This document shows, one piece after another, positions 36,649 through 46,730 of a stretch of 64,000 bases of DNA (position 1 is its first letter; every line of letters begins with the position of its first letter). The DNA is from a virus. The stretch covers positions 32,001 through 96,000 of IMG/VR virus record IMGVR_UViG_3300045125_000040. The stretch is one strand, 5' to 3'. The position numbers were made by a program, and so were the translations under genes. Under the pieces are notes generated by a model. The model saw only the letters and a list, made by a program, of their open reading frames with translations, had not been told where the DNA came from and searched no databases.

Positions 36649-38094
36649 ATGGCAAATAATAGGGTTCAAGTAAAACGCACGTCTACAACTGGACGTACGC
36701 CTAATACAACAGCATCATACGCCACAAATTCACAATACATTTCAGCGGGCGAACTTGCTCTTAATATGACGGATGGAATTCTATATTCCTCTAATGGTTC
36801 TGCGCTTATTACAGTTGGTGCTAATAACGTAAATGTTAATGTTTCTAACACTTTAACAACATATGCTTTAAGAGCTGGCGGTTCTTTAGGAACAGTTGGC
36901 CAAATATTAGTTTCTAATGGCACAGCTATTAATTGGGAAACATATCCTTCAACAAATGAACTATTTGTATCAAAATCTGGTTCTGATACAAATAACGGGA
37001 CAAACAATCGTCCATTCCTTACTATTAAAGCTGCTTTAAATGTAGCTACTAGTGGAACAACAGTATTCATTGACAATGGCGATTACACAGAAAATAACCC
37101 TTTAACTGTTCCAGCTGGAGTTGCTGTTGTTGGTAATTCTTTAAGAGGCGTTAACGTTATTGCTCAAAATCCCACGAGCGACGTATTTTGGGTAAATAAT
37201 GGGTCTTATGTGAGAGAAATTACAGTCAAAGACTATACTTCTCCGGCTGCAGCTTTTGCATTTCCGTCAGCTGGTGCAGGAACTATTACTAGAAGTCCTT
37301 ACATTCTTAATTGCACTTCGTTAACTACTAATGGTATTGGTCTTAGAATTGATGGTTCAAAGGCTACCGGAAATAAATCTATAATTGCGGGTCTTTATAC
37401 GATTATCAATCAAAACGGTATAGGCGTTTATATCAGTAATCAAGGATATTCTCAGTTAGTTAATATTTATACAATTTGTTGTAATGTATCTGTTCAATGC
37501 GAATCCGGAGGGTTCTGTTCTTTAAATTGTTCCGATACAACTTTTGGTAATTGGGGGTTAGTGGCTAATGGAACAAGTGCTGCTTTAAATTCTGGTAATT
37601 TGAATGGTGCTCAATCTGGTAACACCTTTTCTTTAAAAAATATAGCTAATGGCACTCCAATTATCAACGGAACTATAAAATTTGGATCTGACCCTAATTT
37701 CTATACTATTGTTAATACAACAGCCCCTGTTTCGAATGTTAGCACTATTAATATTCTCGAAACGATAACAAATACTATAGCAGATAATACTGCGTTTTCT
37801 ATTTTTCAAAGAAGTCAAATTACTGCTTCTGGGCACACATTCGAATATTGCGGCACAGGAACTAATATTTCAAACGCTTCTCCTTTTGCGGGTGGTATTT
37901 CTAATACAGCAACGCAAATTCTTTATAATAACGGAGGCGTTGTTAACTATACTTCTACTGATCAATTTGGTAATTTTAATATTGGTAATAATTTGACTAT
38001 TAATGGTCCTACTTCTACGATTATCGGTGACACTTTTCAAAGATCGTTGTTTGGAATATTAACTCCCTATATTCTTGCTTTGGAAGGAAGTTGA
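36649..38094 (+). CDS. tail fibre/spike with a right-handed beta-helix (pectin-lyase-like) domain
   Basis: MANNRVQVKRTS..GELALN; FVSKSGSDTNNG..PFLTIKAAL; SPYILNCT; QLVNIYTICC. Confidence 0.7.
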   Translation: MANNRVQVKRTSTTGRTPNTTASYATNSQYISAGELALNMTDGILYSSNGSALITVGANNVNVNVSNTLTTYALRAGGSLGTVGQILVSNGTAINWETYPSTNELFVSKSGSDTNNGTNNRPFLTIKAALNVATSGTTVFIDNGDYTENNPLTVPAGVAVVGNSLRGVNVIAQNPTSDVFWVNNGSYVREITVKDYTSPAAAFAFPSAGAGTITRSPYILNCTSLTTNGIGLRIDGSKATGNKSIIAGLYTIINQNGIGVYISNQGYSQLVNIYTICCNVSVQCESGGFCSLNCSDTTFGNWGLVANGTSAALNSGNLNGAQSGNTFSLKNIANGTPIINGTIKFGSDPNFYTIVNTTAPVSNVSTINILETITNTIADNTAFSIFQRSQITASGHTFEYCGTGTNISNASPFAGGISNTATQILYNNGGVVNYTSTDQFGNFNIGNNLTINGPTSTIIGDTFQRSLFGILTPYILALEGS

Positions 38095-38095
38095 T

Positions 38096-38620
38096 ATGGT
38101 TATTAAAAATTTGATAACAGAAAAACACAAAGAAGCAGAAAATACATTATTTTTTAAAAAATTAATATCCAAAAAAATAACAAAAGAAATTTGGGCTAAT
38201 TTTCTTTTTAATAAAATGTTATTCTATAATGAAATAGAACATAAATTGAATTTAGAAATATTTAAAGATCTCATTAGAACTGAAAAATTAAAAAAAGATT
38301 TTTTAAATCTAAAAGTAGAAACATTTTCTATCAAAAATTCTGTTTTTGAATATATAGATTATTTAAACAAAATTAATGAAAAAGAATTAATGGCTCATGT
38401 ATATGTTTGGTATATGGGAGATTTAAATGGAGGGAATGTGATTAATAAGATTATAGATTTTGAATCTTCCAGTTTGGTATTTGAAAATTCAGAATATCTG
38501 AAACAGAAAATTTTAGATTACATAGATATTAGTATGTTAGAGGAAATTAATAATTCGTTCGACTGGGCTATAAAAATTTTGAATGATTTTGAAAAAGATT
38601 TACTAGAGGAATCTAATTAA
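38096..38620 (+). CDS. heme oxygenase (biliverdin-producing family)
   Basis: TEKHKEAE carries the proximal His; LMAHVYVWYMGDLNGG resembles the HO motif AH.Y.RY.GDLSGG. Confidence 0.75.
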   Translation: MVIKNLITEKHKEAENTLFFKKLISKKITKEIWANFLFNKMLFYNEIEHKLNLEIFKDLIRTEKLKKDFLNLKVETFSIKNSVFEYIDYLNKINEKELMAHVYVWYMGDLNGGNVINKIIDFESSSLVFENSEYLKQKILDYIDISMLEEINNSFDWAIKILNDFEKDLLEESN

Positions 38621-38947
38621 TGGCAAATTTAAATACGTTTAAAAACGTTAGCGCAAATTTAACTTCATCAAATACAACAGTATATACCGCTCCAGCAGGA
38701 TATACTTCTATTGTGTTGATGGCACAAGTTACAAATATAACTACTTCTGTAGCTAATGTTACTGTTGGTTGGAACAATGGCACTACAAATACCGAATTAG
38801 TTTTTAATTTATCAACACCTCAAAATGATGCTTTGAATGCTTTAGTTGGAAAAATTAGTACTTGCAAATTCTCATTACGTATATGCTTCAGCTAGCTCAA
38901 ATAACACTTTAAAAATGACTTTAAGTGTTTTAGAATCATTAAATTAA
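38620..38947 (+). CDS. small virion/fibre accessory protein (one indel)
   Basis: MANLNTFK..VYTAP.GY.SIVL.AQV.N...LSVLE. Confidence 0.6.
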
Positions 38948-38956
38948 AGGTTTAAA

Positions 38957-41900
38957 ATGGTAAAAACTGTATCTGGATTTAATAATCTAACTGTTTCGGA
39001 TAAATTAACATTGAAAACAGTTGTTGCCAATGGAAGTGTTGGTACATCTGGTCAAGTATTGACTTCTAATGGTTCTGGTAACGCTTATTGGTCTACTTTA
39101 GTCGGTGTTAATACTTCTGCTCAATACACTTTTACTAATACAATAAATTTTTCTAATTCCATAACTATTGATAATAATAAAAATTTAAATTTCAGAACTG
39201 TTAATACTTCTGCTCAAGCATCATTCGTTCAACAGAGTGACGATAATTTCGTCATGTACACTACTAATTCTGCATATGGTCAAAGAGCAGTATGGTCGAT
39301 ATTTGCTAATAGTTCGTCAAGTAATTTAAACTTTTCTGTAAGAACGCAATTTAATGGCGGTTTGTATATACCAACGGGAGTCACCCTTCTTGATTCTACT
39401 GGTTCTCAAGGTTCTGCTGGTCAAATTTTAGCATCAAACGGTAGTGGTAATGTTTATTGGGTATCACCAAGCGTTGCATCAGTAAATACTTCTGCTCAAT
39501 ATACTTGGACAAATACGCATACTTTTCAGGCTAACGTTTCCTTTACAGGAAATGGTATTGGTATAACATCAAATACAGGTGCGATATACGTTGGTGGTAT
39601 TTCTGATGCTAATTGGAAAATTGGTAGAAATCTTGGAGTTTATACTAAATGGAGATATACGAATAACAGCTTAGACATTGCTGTAGCTAATTCTAATCTT
39701 GAAGGATTTACGATTGGTAATTCTATCAATCCAGGAAATGCATATTTTGAAACAGGTTTTCTTGGAACATTTATTGCAAGTAATGTTACTATTGGTAATT
39801 CTTCTTCAAATGTTTCTATTAATTCTACCGCTTTTTCAGGAACATCTAATAATTCTTCTTATCTTGGCGGTGTGTTAGCCGCTTCATATGTTCAAAATAC
39901 TGACTCTAGGACATTATCAGGTAATATATCTTTTACTGGTGCCAATTTAGTCGTTTTAGGAACTAATACGTATATCACATCTAATGTATTAATTGGTAGC
40001 ACCGCTTCTTTCTATAGTATAAATGGTCAGGCCAATGCTTCTGGTGGTAATTTCATAGCTAATGCATATGCAACATTAAGTGGGGCCGGTGGAAATTATC
40101 TAGCATTTGGACAGCAGACAAATTTTTCTCAATGGATTCAATCTGGATTTTCAAGTGCAGGAACGCCAGTTTATTATAATATAATTTTAAATCCGTTAGG
40201 CGGTAATATTGGTATTAACAATACGGCTCCAACTGATAGATTATCCGTAAATGGCAATACTTACATCGGCGCAAACTTAACTGTAGCTGGTGCTAATTTA
40301 ATTGTTTCAACTGGTGTTATTTCTGGTAATGGCACTTCTATCACTAGCGTTAATGCTATTGCTCTAAATGGTCAACCAGCATCTTATTATACTAATGCTA
40401 CTAATATTACAACTGGAACTTTGCCTTATGCTCAGATTCCAGCGAATATTGTAAATACAACAGGTTCGTTTACTCTTTCCGGTAATACTACATTAGCAGG
40501 AACTAATACTGTAATTAGTTCCAATTTAAATGTTACTGGAACTTTCATTAATGTTGCTTCGGCATTCGTAGCAAATTCTACTGGCGCTTATCACACTGGA
40601 ACTATGAATGCTGCTTCCCACACGGTGGGAACGGCTTTCACCGCCAACGCTACTGTTGTTAATGCTGTATCTTACTATGCCGGAACAACGTTAATTGGTA
40701 ATACTACTGGACCATATGGTAAGACTGAAGGTAATTTGAATGTCAATAGTAGTTTGATTTCTAATACCTTATTAAGAGTTGATAACAGAAGTATTGTTGC
40801 CAATGATACTCCTGCTGGTTATCTCCGTTTCGGTTTCACTTCTTTTGCTGTCAACAATACTTCACCGTATGGAGATTTTCTTCAATTAAGAAGTTATACA
40901 GATTCATCTGGCGGTAGTGATAACCTTTTAGTTTTTAATAAATCTACTATCGGTGTTCGAGTTTATCAAGCGGCTTGGACTAACTCCACAACTGGTAATA
41001 CTTCGGCTTATACCAATTATAAAGACCTTGCGTTTACTGACGGTACTAATGCTACTGGTACATGGAACATTACAGCCAATAATGCTTCAAATTTAGGAGG
41101 CACAGCGGCTGCATCTTATCAGTTAAATTCCACTTTGAATGCGAATATTGCCAGCTACCTTCCGAATTATACTGGTGTTGTTAATGGTTCTTCGTTAGCG
41201 GTAGGAACTTCTACGATTGCCAACTCTACCGGTGTTTATACAGGCGTAGTAAACGGGTCGTCGATAACAGTTGGGACTGCATTTACTGCTAATGCTACTG
41301 TAGTTAATGCTGTATCTTACTATGCTGGCTCTACTTTAATTGGTAATACTACTGGTCCTTATGGTAAGACAGAAGGTAATTTGAATGTTAACAGCGCATT
41401 AACAGCTAATAACTCTACCAATCTTGGTGGAACAGCAGCTGCTTCTTACCAATTAAATTCTACATTAAACGCAAATATCGCATCATATCTACCTACATAC
41501 ACTGGTGTAGTAAATGGTTCTTCATTGGCGGTAGGAACTTCAACAGTTTCTAATGCTACTGGATTATGGACAACAGGAACGGTTAATGCTGCTATACATC
41601 AGGCAGGATCGCCATTAACAGGAACTGGTGGATTTTATGCCAATACAACGACATTGATTGTCGGTAATAATACTATAAACACAACTATTACTTCGGCTGG
41701 TCTAACGGTTAATGGCGCTTCTGTAGTAAATTCATCAGTCGTTAACTCTGCAGCACATACAATTAGCACTACATTTATAGCCAACACTACTGGTGTTTAT
41801 CATACTGGAACTATGAACGCCGCTAGTTATACTACTGGTTCCACTGGAACTGGAACTGGTGGATTAATTGCTAATGTTACTACTTTGTTTATTGGTAACA

Positions 41901-42745
41901 ATACAGTTAATGCTTTCTTAAATACAACTCAATTAAACATTAATGCAGTAACAATAGCTAACACTACTGGTGTATATACTGGAACTATAAATGCTGCTAG
42001 TCATACAGTTGGAACTAGCACCATTGCTAATTCTACTGGCATTTATACTGGTATTGTTAATGCTACTACAATTTCTACTGGTTCTGTTAACGTAATTAAT
42101 GCTTCAGGATTAACAACTACAGCAAATGTAAGTATTGGCGCCGCTGGCGATCTTATTATTACTGCAGGTGCTGGTATTTCTGCTAATGGTGGATTTGGAA
42201 CCTCTGGACAAGTTCTTACTTCTAATGCTTCTTCAATTTACTGGTCAACCATTGCAGCTGGTGCTACACTAAACGCCAACAATACTGAAACTGGAACTTT
42301 CTATTTCGGTATGGCCAATACTACTTCAGGAACTTGGTCAAACGCTGTAGTTTCGACTACAAAAATATCATTCGTTCCTAACACAGGCGCACTAACTGTA
42401 AACGGTTCTATAAGCGCAACAACTAAGTCATTCTTGATCGACCACCCAACTAAATCTGGAATGAAGTTGCGTTATGCTTCGTTGGAAGGTCCAGAAAACG
42501 GCGTTTATGTTCGTGGTAAAATAAACGGTTATGTTATTGAATTGCCTGACTACTGGACTGGTCTTGTTGATGAAGATACCATTACAGTTCAACTAACCGC
42601 TATTGGTGAGCCACAAAATCTTTATGTTGTAAAAATTAGTGACAACCAAGTGTTCATTTGTGGTGAAAATGGTTCAATGCCTTATTGTTATTACACTGTA
42701 TATGGTGAGCGTAAAGACGTTGATAAGTTGATAGTGGAGTATTGA
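38957..42745 (+). CDS. long tail fibre protein (1262 aa) with a C-terminal KSFLIDHP domain
   Basis: Intact ORF; repeated fibre modules; C-terminal KSFLIDHPTK..LEGPENGVY.RG. Confidence 0.75.
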   Translation: MVKTVSGFNNLTVSDKLTLKTVVANGSVGTSGQVLTSNGSGNAYWSTLVGVNTSAQYTFTNTINFSNSITIDNNKNLNFRTVNTSAQASFVQQSDDNFVMYTTNSAYGQRAVWSIFANSSSSNLNFSVRTQFNGGLYIPTGVTLLDSTGSQGSAGQILASNGSGNVYWVSPSVASVNTSAQYTWTNTHTFQANVSFTGNGIGITSNTGAIYVGGISDANWKIGRNLGVYTKWRYTNNSLDIAVANSNLEGFTIGNSINPGNAYFETGFLGTFIASNVTIGNSSSNVSINSTAFSGTSNNSSYLGGVLAASYVQNTDSRTLSGNISFTGANLVVLGTNTYITSNVLIGSTASFYSINGQANASGGNFIANAYATLSGAGGNYLAFGQQTNFSQWIQSGFSSAGTPVYYNIILNPLGGNIGINNTAPTDRLSVNGNTYIGANLTVAGANLIVSTGVISGNGTSITSVNAIALNGQPASYYTNATNITTGTLPYAQIPANIVNTTGSFTLSGNTTLAGTNTVISSNLNVTGTFINVASAFVANSTGAYHTGTMNAASHTVGTAFTANATVVNAVSYYAGTTLIGNTTGPYGKTEGNLNVNSSLISNTLLRVDNRSIVANDTPAGYLRFGFTSFAVNNTSPYGDFLQLRSYTDSSGGSDNLLVFNKSTIGVRVYQAAWTNSTTGNTSAYTNYKDLAFTDGTNATGTWNITANNASNLGGTAAASYQLNSTLNANIASYLPNYTGVVNGSSLAVGTSTIANSTGVYTGVVNGSSITVGTAFTANATVVNAVSYYAGSTLIGNTTGPYGKTEGNLNVNSALTANNSTNLGGTAAASYQLNSTLNANIASYLPTYTGVVNGSSLAVGTSTVSNATGLWTTGTVNAAIHQAGSPLTGTGGFYANTTTLIVGNNTINTTITSAGLTVNGASVVNSSVVNSAAHTISTTFIANTTGVYHTGTMNAASYTTGSTGTGTGGLIANVTTLFIGNNTVNAFLNTTQLNINAVTIANTTGVYTGTINAASHTVGTSTIANSTGIYTGIVNATTISTGSVNVINASGLTTTANVSIGAAGDLIITAGAGISANGGFGTSGQVLTSNASSIYWSTIAAGATLNANNTETGTFYFGMANTTSGTWSNAVVSTTKISFVPNTGALTVNGSISATTKSFLIDHPTKSGMKLRYASLEGPENGVYVRGKINGYVIELPDYWTGLVDEDTITVQLTAIGEPQNLYVVKISDNQVFICGENGSMPYCYYTVYGERKDVDKLIVEY
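40620..41560 (+). repeat. internal duplications in the 1262-aa fibre gene
   Basis: TVGTAFTANATVVNAVSYYAG..GPYGKTEGNLNVNS twice; NLGGTAAASYQLNSTLNANIASYLP.YTGVVNGSSLAVGTST twice. Confidence 0.85.
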
Positions 42746-42746
42746 T

Positions 42747-43298
42747 ATGGCAGTAGCATATGGACCAACTTCCATAGCTAAATTTGGTGATCCTACAACT
42801 TCTGGTTTGTTGGGTAAAAGATATGTAGGATGCTATACCAATGGCGTTCCGACTCCTGCTCTAAATGACCCTTCATGGTTCAGAACGGCCACTTTGCAAG
42901 GTAGTACCAGCACAGTAACAGCATTAAACGCTTTTACCAGTAGCGCAGATACTTATAGCTGGATGTTCTTAGGTTATTTTAAACCAACAACTACAGAAAT
43001 ATATACGTTTTATTGCACTGTAGACGATAACGGGCAAATATGGATTGGAGATAAAGCAATAAGCGGTTATGACACTTCTAATTCTTTATTAACAACCACT
43101 TCTGCTGGCACAGAATTTTCTGCTGCTATATCGTTGATCGCAGGTAAATACTATCCTATCAGAATTATGTTTGGTGAAAATTTAGGTAATGATTATATCA
43201 CGGTATCGTTTGCTACAGCTACTATTGCAAAAACTACAAATGGTTCGGGATATTATTTTGGCGGCGATTCTGCCTGGAATAGATTTGGAGCACTCTAA
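42747..43298 (+). CDS. PA14-domain carbohydrate-binding protein
   Basis: YSWMFLGYFKP...YTF...DD....WIG...L.AGKYYPIRI.FGE. Confidence 0.75.
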   Translation: MAVAYGPTSIAKFGDPTTSGLLGKRYVGCYTNGVPTPALNDPSWFRTATLQGSTSTVTALNAFTSSADTYSWMFLGYFKPTTTEIYTFYCTVDDNGQIWIGDKAISGYDTSNSLLTTTSAGTEFSAAISLIAGKYYPIRIMFGENLGNDYITVSFATATIAKTTNGSGYYFGGDSAWNRFGAL

Positions 43299-43984
43299 TG
43301 GGGCTTAGTCATTCTCCTAGAATAGTCACTAATGGATTAGTTGGGTATTGGGATGCCGGTAACGCTCGTAGTTATCCTGGTTCTGGAACTACATGGACCG
43401 ATTTGAGTGGTAACGTTTTGAATGGAACCTTAACTTCTACAACATTTAGTTCTAGCAATGGCGGGTCTTTAGTATTTGATGGATTGAATAGTATTTCAGA
43501 TCATGGAACGTCATCAACTCTCAATTTAACTACTGCCCTAACACTTGATGCGTGGATATATCCTACTGGTTGGGGTGAGGGGTCATTAGGAAGAATAATT
43601 CAGAGAACTGATGCTTCAGAGCTTGGATATATACTTTTTGCAGGAAACACAGGTATATATTCTAGTGGCATAGTTTATGTCGTAAATGCGTCAACTAGTG
43701 TTTTTACTTATATAAACAATGTAGTAGCGTTAAATACATGGGCAAACTTTACTGTAACCCACGGCGGCGGAGTAGCAACAATATATAAAAACGGTATTAA
43801 TATAGGTTCTGCCAACTTATCTCAAGCCACTACAGTATCTTCTAATTTTTACATAGGAAATAGATCTGCCGTAGACAGAACATTCCAAGGTAACATACCG
43901 TGTGTTAAAGTTTATAACCGTGCTTTATCTGCAACAGAAGTTTTACAAAACTACAACGCTCTAAGAGGAAGATTCGGAATATGA
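43298..43984 (+). CDS. LamG/ConA-like lectin protein
   Basis: GLV.YWDAGN..SYPGSGTTW.DLSGN; WIYP; VYNRALSA.EV.QNY. Confidence 0.8.
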   Translation: MGLSHSPRIVTNGLVGYWDAGNARSYPGSGTTWTDLSGNVLNGTLTSTTFSSSNGGSLVFDGLNSISDHGTSSTLNLTTALTLDAWIYPTGWGEGSLGRIIQRTDASELGYILFAGNTGIYSSGIVYVVNASTSVFTYINNVVALNTWANFTVTHGGGVATIYKNGINIGSANLSQATTVSSNFYIGNRSAVDRTFQGNIPCVKVYNRALSATEVLQNYNALRGRFGI

Positions 43985-45474
43985 GTGTTTATGAAGGACC
44001 AGCTAACTGGTGGGCTGTTAATAACAATTCTGGCAGAACTCATATTTCTACCAAAGCTGTTTCTCAATCAGGTTTAATAATGAATCTTGACGCTGGTTCT
44101 TCTACTAGTTATTCAGGTAGTGGAACTACATGGACAGATTTAACAGGCACTAACAATGGAACTTTAGTAAACGGACCTTATTATTCTTCGTTTTCTTATG
44201 GTAGTATGGGATTTGATGGCACTAATGATTATATGACATCAACTTTAGCCACCACAAGTGGTCAAGCTGTGACTTATGAAGGTTGGTTATATTCTATAGA
44301 AACTACATCAACTGCCAGAAATTTTGTTGATAGCGGTTCTGCAAATCCTAGAATCTGGTGGAATACTTCTGGTCAAATTGAATTTGATTCTACAGGTTTT
44401 ACTACTACAACAGTTTATAGAAATCAGTGGGTTCATGTAGTATTATCTAAACCTTCAGGTTCGTCTGCAGCTTCATATTATGTTAATGGAGTGTTGGTTG
44501 GAACTGGTTCAGCATACACTACGCCTGCAGTAACTCCTGCTTGGTTTAATGTTGCAGCCGCATCTACTTGGAAAGGTAAATGCGCTATGATCCATGTTTA
44601 TAACCGTGCATTATCGGCTGCAGAAATTTTATCTAATTATAATGCCACTAGTAAAAGATTTACCGCAGTTGCAGATTTTTCATTCATAAGTTCTGGTGGT
44701 GTTGCAACGGGAGGTGACATTACAGACGTTGAAGGATATCGCTATCATATATTCAATTCTTCTAATAATTTAACAGTTTCTTCTGGTTCTGGAAATGTAG
44801 AATATGCTATAGTTGCTGGCGGTGGTGGTGGTGGTGTTTCTGGAGGTTGGGAAGCTGGTGGCGGCGGCGGCGCAGGAGGTATGCTTACTGGAACTATTAG
44901 TATTAATACAGCATCAAGTCCTTATACTATAACAGTTGGTGCTGGTGGTGCAGCTAGAACTACTGGATCTAATAGTTCTGCTTTTTCTTTAACTGCTAAT
45001 GGTGGTGGTAAAGGTGGCGTTGGAATTGATTCTGTATATGCTGGAGGTCCTGGTGGATCAGGAGGTGGTGCGACGACCGGCTCGGGTGGATTAGGAACTA
45101 CAGGACAAGGAAGTAATGGTGGATCTGGTATAGCAACAGGCACCCAGTGTAATATTGGCGGTCCTGGCGGCGGCGGTAAATCTGCCGTTGGTTTATCTTC
45201 TAAAGATAGTGTGAGGGTTGGTGCGCCTGGTGGAGCAGGACAGTTATTTGGTTTCAGTTATTATGCTGGTGGTGGTTCTGGTGGTAATGGAAATTCTAAT
45301 GTCGCACAAATAGCAGCATTAGGTGGTGGTGGCGTAGGTCAAACTAATGCAGCATCTGCTATTGCTGGAACGATAAATACTGGTGGTGGTGGCGGAGGAG
45401 GTCGATACGCTGCTGCAGGTACAACAGCAGCAGCGGGAGGATCTGGTGTAGTAATTATAAGGTATCCACTATAA
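43981..45474 (+). CDS. LamG plus glycine-rich fibre-tip protein
   Basis: N-terminal LamG motifs; VAGGGGGG...GGGGAGG; ends GGSGVVIIRY. Confidence 0.8.
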   Translation: MSVYEGPANWWAVNNNSGRTHISTKAVSQSGLIMNLDAGSSTSYSGSGTTWTDLTGTNNGTLVNGPYYSSFSYGSMGFDGTNDYMTSTLATTSGQAVTYEGWLYSIETTSTARNFVDSGSANPRIWWNTSGQIEFDSTGFTTTTVYRNQWVHVVLSKPSGSSAASYYVNGVLVGTGSAYTTPAVTPAWFNVAAASTWKGKCAMIHVYNRALSAAEILSNYNATSKRFTAVADFSFISSGGVATGGDITDVEGYRYHIFNSSNNLTVSSGSGNVEYAIVAGGGGGGVSGGWEAGGGGGAGGMLTGTISINTASSPYTITVGAGGAARTTGSNSSAFSLTANGGGKGGVGIDSVYAGGPGGSGGGATTGSGGLGTTGQGSNGGSGIATGTQCNIGGPGGGGKSAVGLSSKDSVRVGAPGGAGQLFGFSYYAGGGSGGNGNSNVAQIAALGGGGVGQTNAASAIAGTINTGGGGGGGRYAAAGTTAAAGGSGVVIIRYPL

Positions 45475-45830
45475 TGGCACATTTCGCAGAGATAGATGAA
45501 AACAATATTGTCATGAGAGTTTTGGTTGTTCCTAACGATCAAGAACATAGGGGTCAGGATTTCTTATCCAACGATTTAGGTTTAGGTGGAATTTGGATAC
45601 AGTGTAGTTACAATAATAAAATAAGAAAACAATATCCAGGTCCAGGTTTTATATATGATCCTGAAAAAGATATTTTCATAATTCCAAAACCACATGATAG
45701 TTGGATACTAGATGAAAATAATGATTGGCAAGCGCCAATACCTTATCCAGACGATGGTCAACAATACGTTTGGGATGAATCTGTATTAAACTGGAAAATT
45801 ATAGAGATCGTAGAGAGCATAGATGGCTAA
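45474..45830 (+). CDS. conserved partner of Gly-rich fibre-tip proteins
   Basis: MAHFAEIDENN.V..V.VV...W.Q.SYN..IRK.Y...W.APIPYP..W.E. Confidence 0.65.
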   Translation: MAHFAEIDENNIVMRVLVVPNDQEHRGQDFLSNDLGLGGIWIQCSYNNKIRKQYPGPGFIYDPEKDIFIIPKPHDSWILDENNDWQAPIPYPDDGQQYVWDESVLNWKIIEIVESIDG

Positions 45831-46688
45831 TACTTATAAAAATATAGTAATTACTCCAAATATAGGTTCGAACACTGCTGATCCAAAAGTAGTATATTCT
45901 GGCGGTAATACCACAGCTAACACAGATATAACTCTTTATGTGTATCCAGATTCAAATGGTTCTCTTTCTTGGGAAGGTTCTGCTGGCCAGTTATTCTCTA
46001 TAACTAACGATTTATCTAATAATCTTTTTGGTGTTAATGATATTTCTGGCATTCCTTATATCGAAGTTTATGCTAACGGTCTTGTTTCTGTTGCACAATA
46101 TGGTGGAAATGTCACAATAGGTAATACTGCAGAGTTTATATTGACTCCTGGCGCTGGATTATGGGCAAATAGTTCTGTTGGAACAGCAGGTCAGGTTCTT
46201 ACATCTAATGCTTCTTCGGTTTACTGGAGACCTTCAGTAACAAATGCAGCATCTGTTGCATTAACTACACAATCAACTGTAGACTTTACTGGTATTCCTT
46301 CTTGGGTAAGAAAAATTACAGTTTTATTCCATCAAGTTTCATTATCGGGCGGCGATAAACCGTTGTTGTACAGTTAGGAACTTCTGGTGGTTTTGTTACT
46401 ACTGGTTATCAATCATGGGAAAGTAGTGGAGGAACCTCCACTACTGGAATTTTAATTCCTGGAACAACTGCAACAGACACTAGATCGGGGTCATTTCAAT
46501 TTTTCTTAATTGATGGCGTTGGATTATGGGTTTGTACTGGTCTCTGTAATAATAATGGTGGTAGTATAAGTAGCGATCAAAGAATTTTAGCCATAGTAAA
46601 CCTTGCTGCTGCTCTTACACAAGTCAGATTAACTAGAACAGGAACTAATACGTTTGATGGTGGTACTGTAAATATATTTTATGAATAA
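45823..46688 (+). CDS. tail fibre accessory protein (one indel)
   Basis: LSWEGSAGQLFSIT...VNDISGIP; C-terminal FTGIPSW...FDGG domain. Confidence 0.65.
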
Positions 46689-46694
46689 CAATTA

Positions 46695-46702
46695 TATAAA
46701 TA
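46695..46702 (+). promoter_or_regulatory. T4-type late promoter
   Basis: Intergenic TATAAATA. Confidence 0.7.
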
Positions 46703-46730
46703 ATAAAAACAACCAAGGGGATAGGGAACC

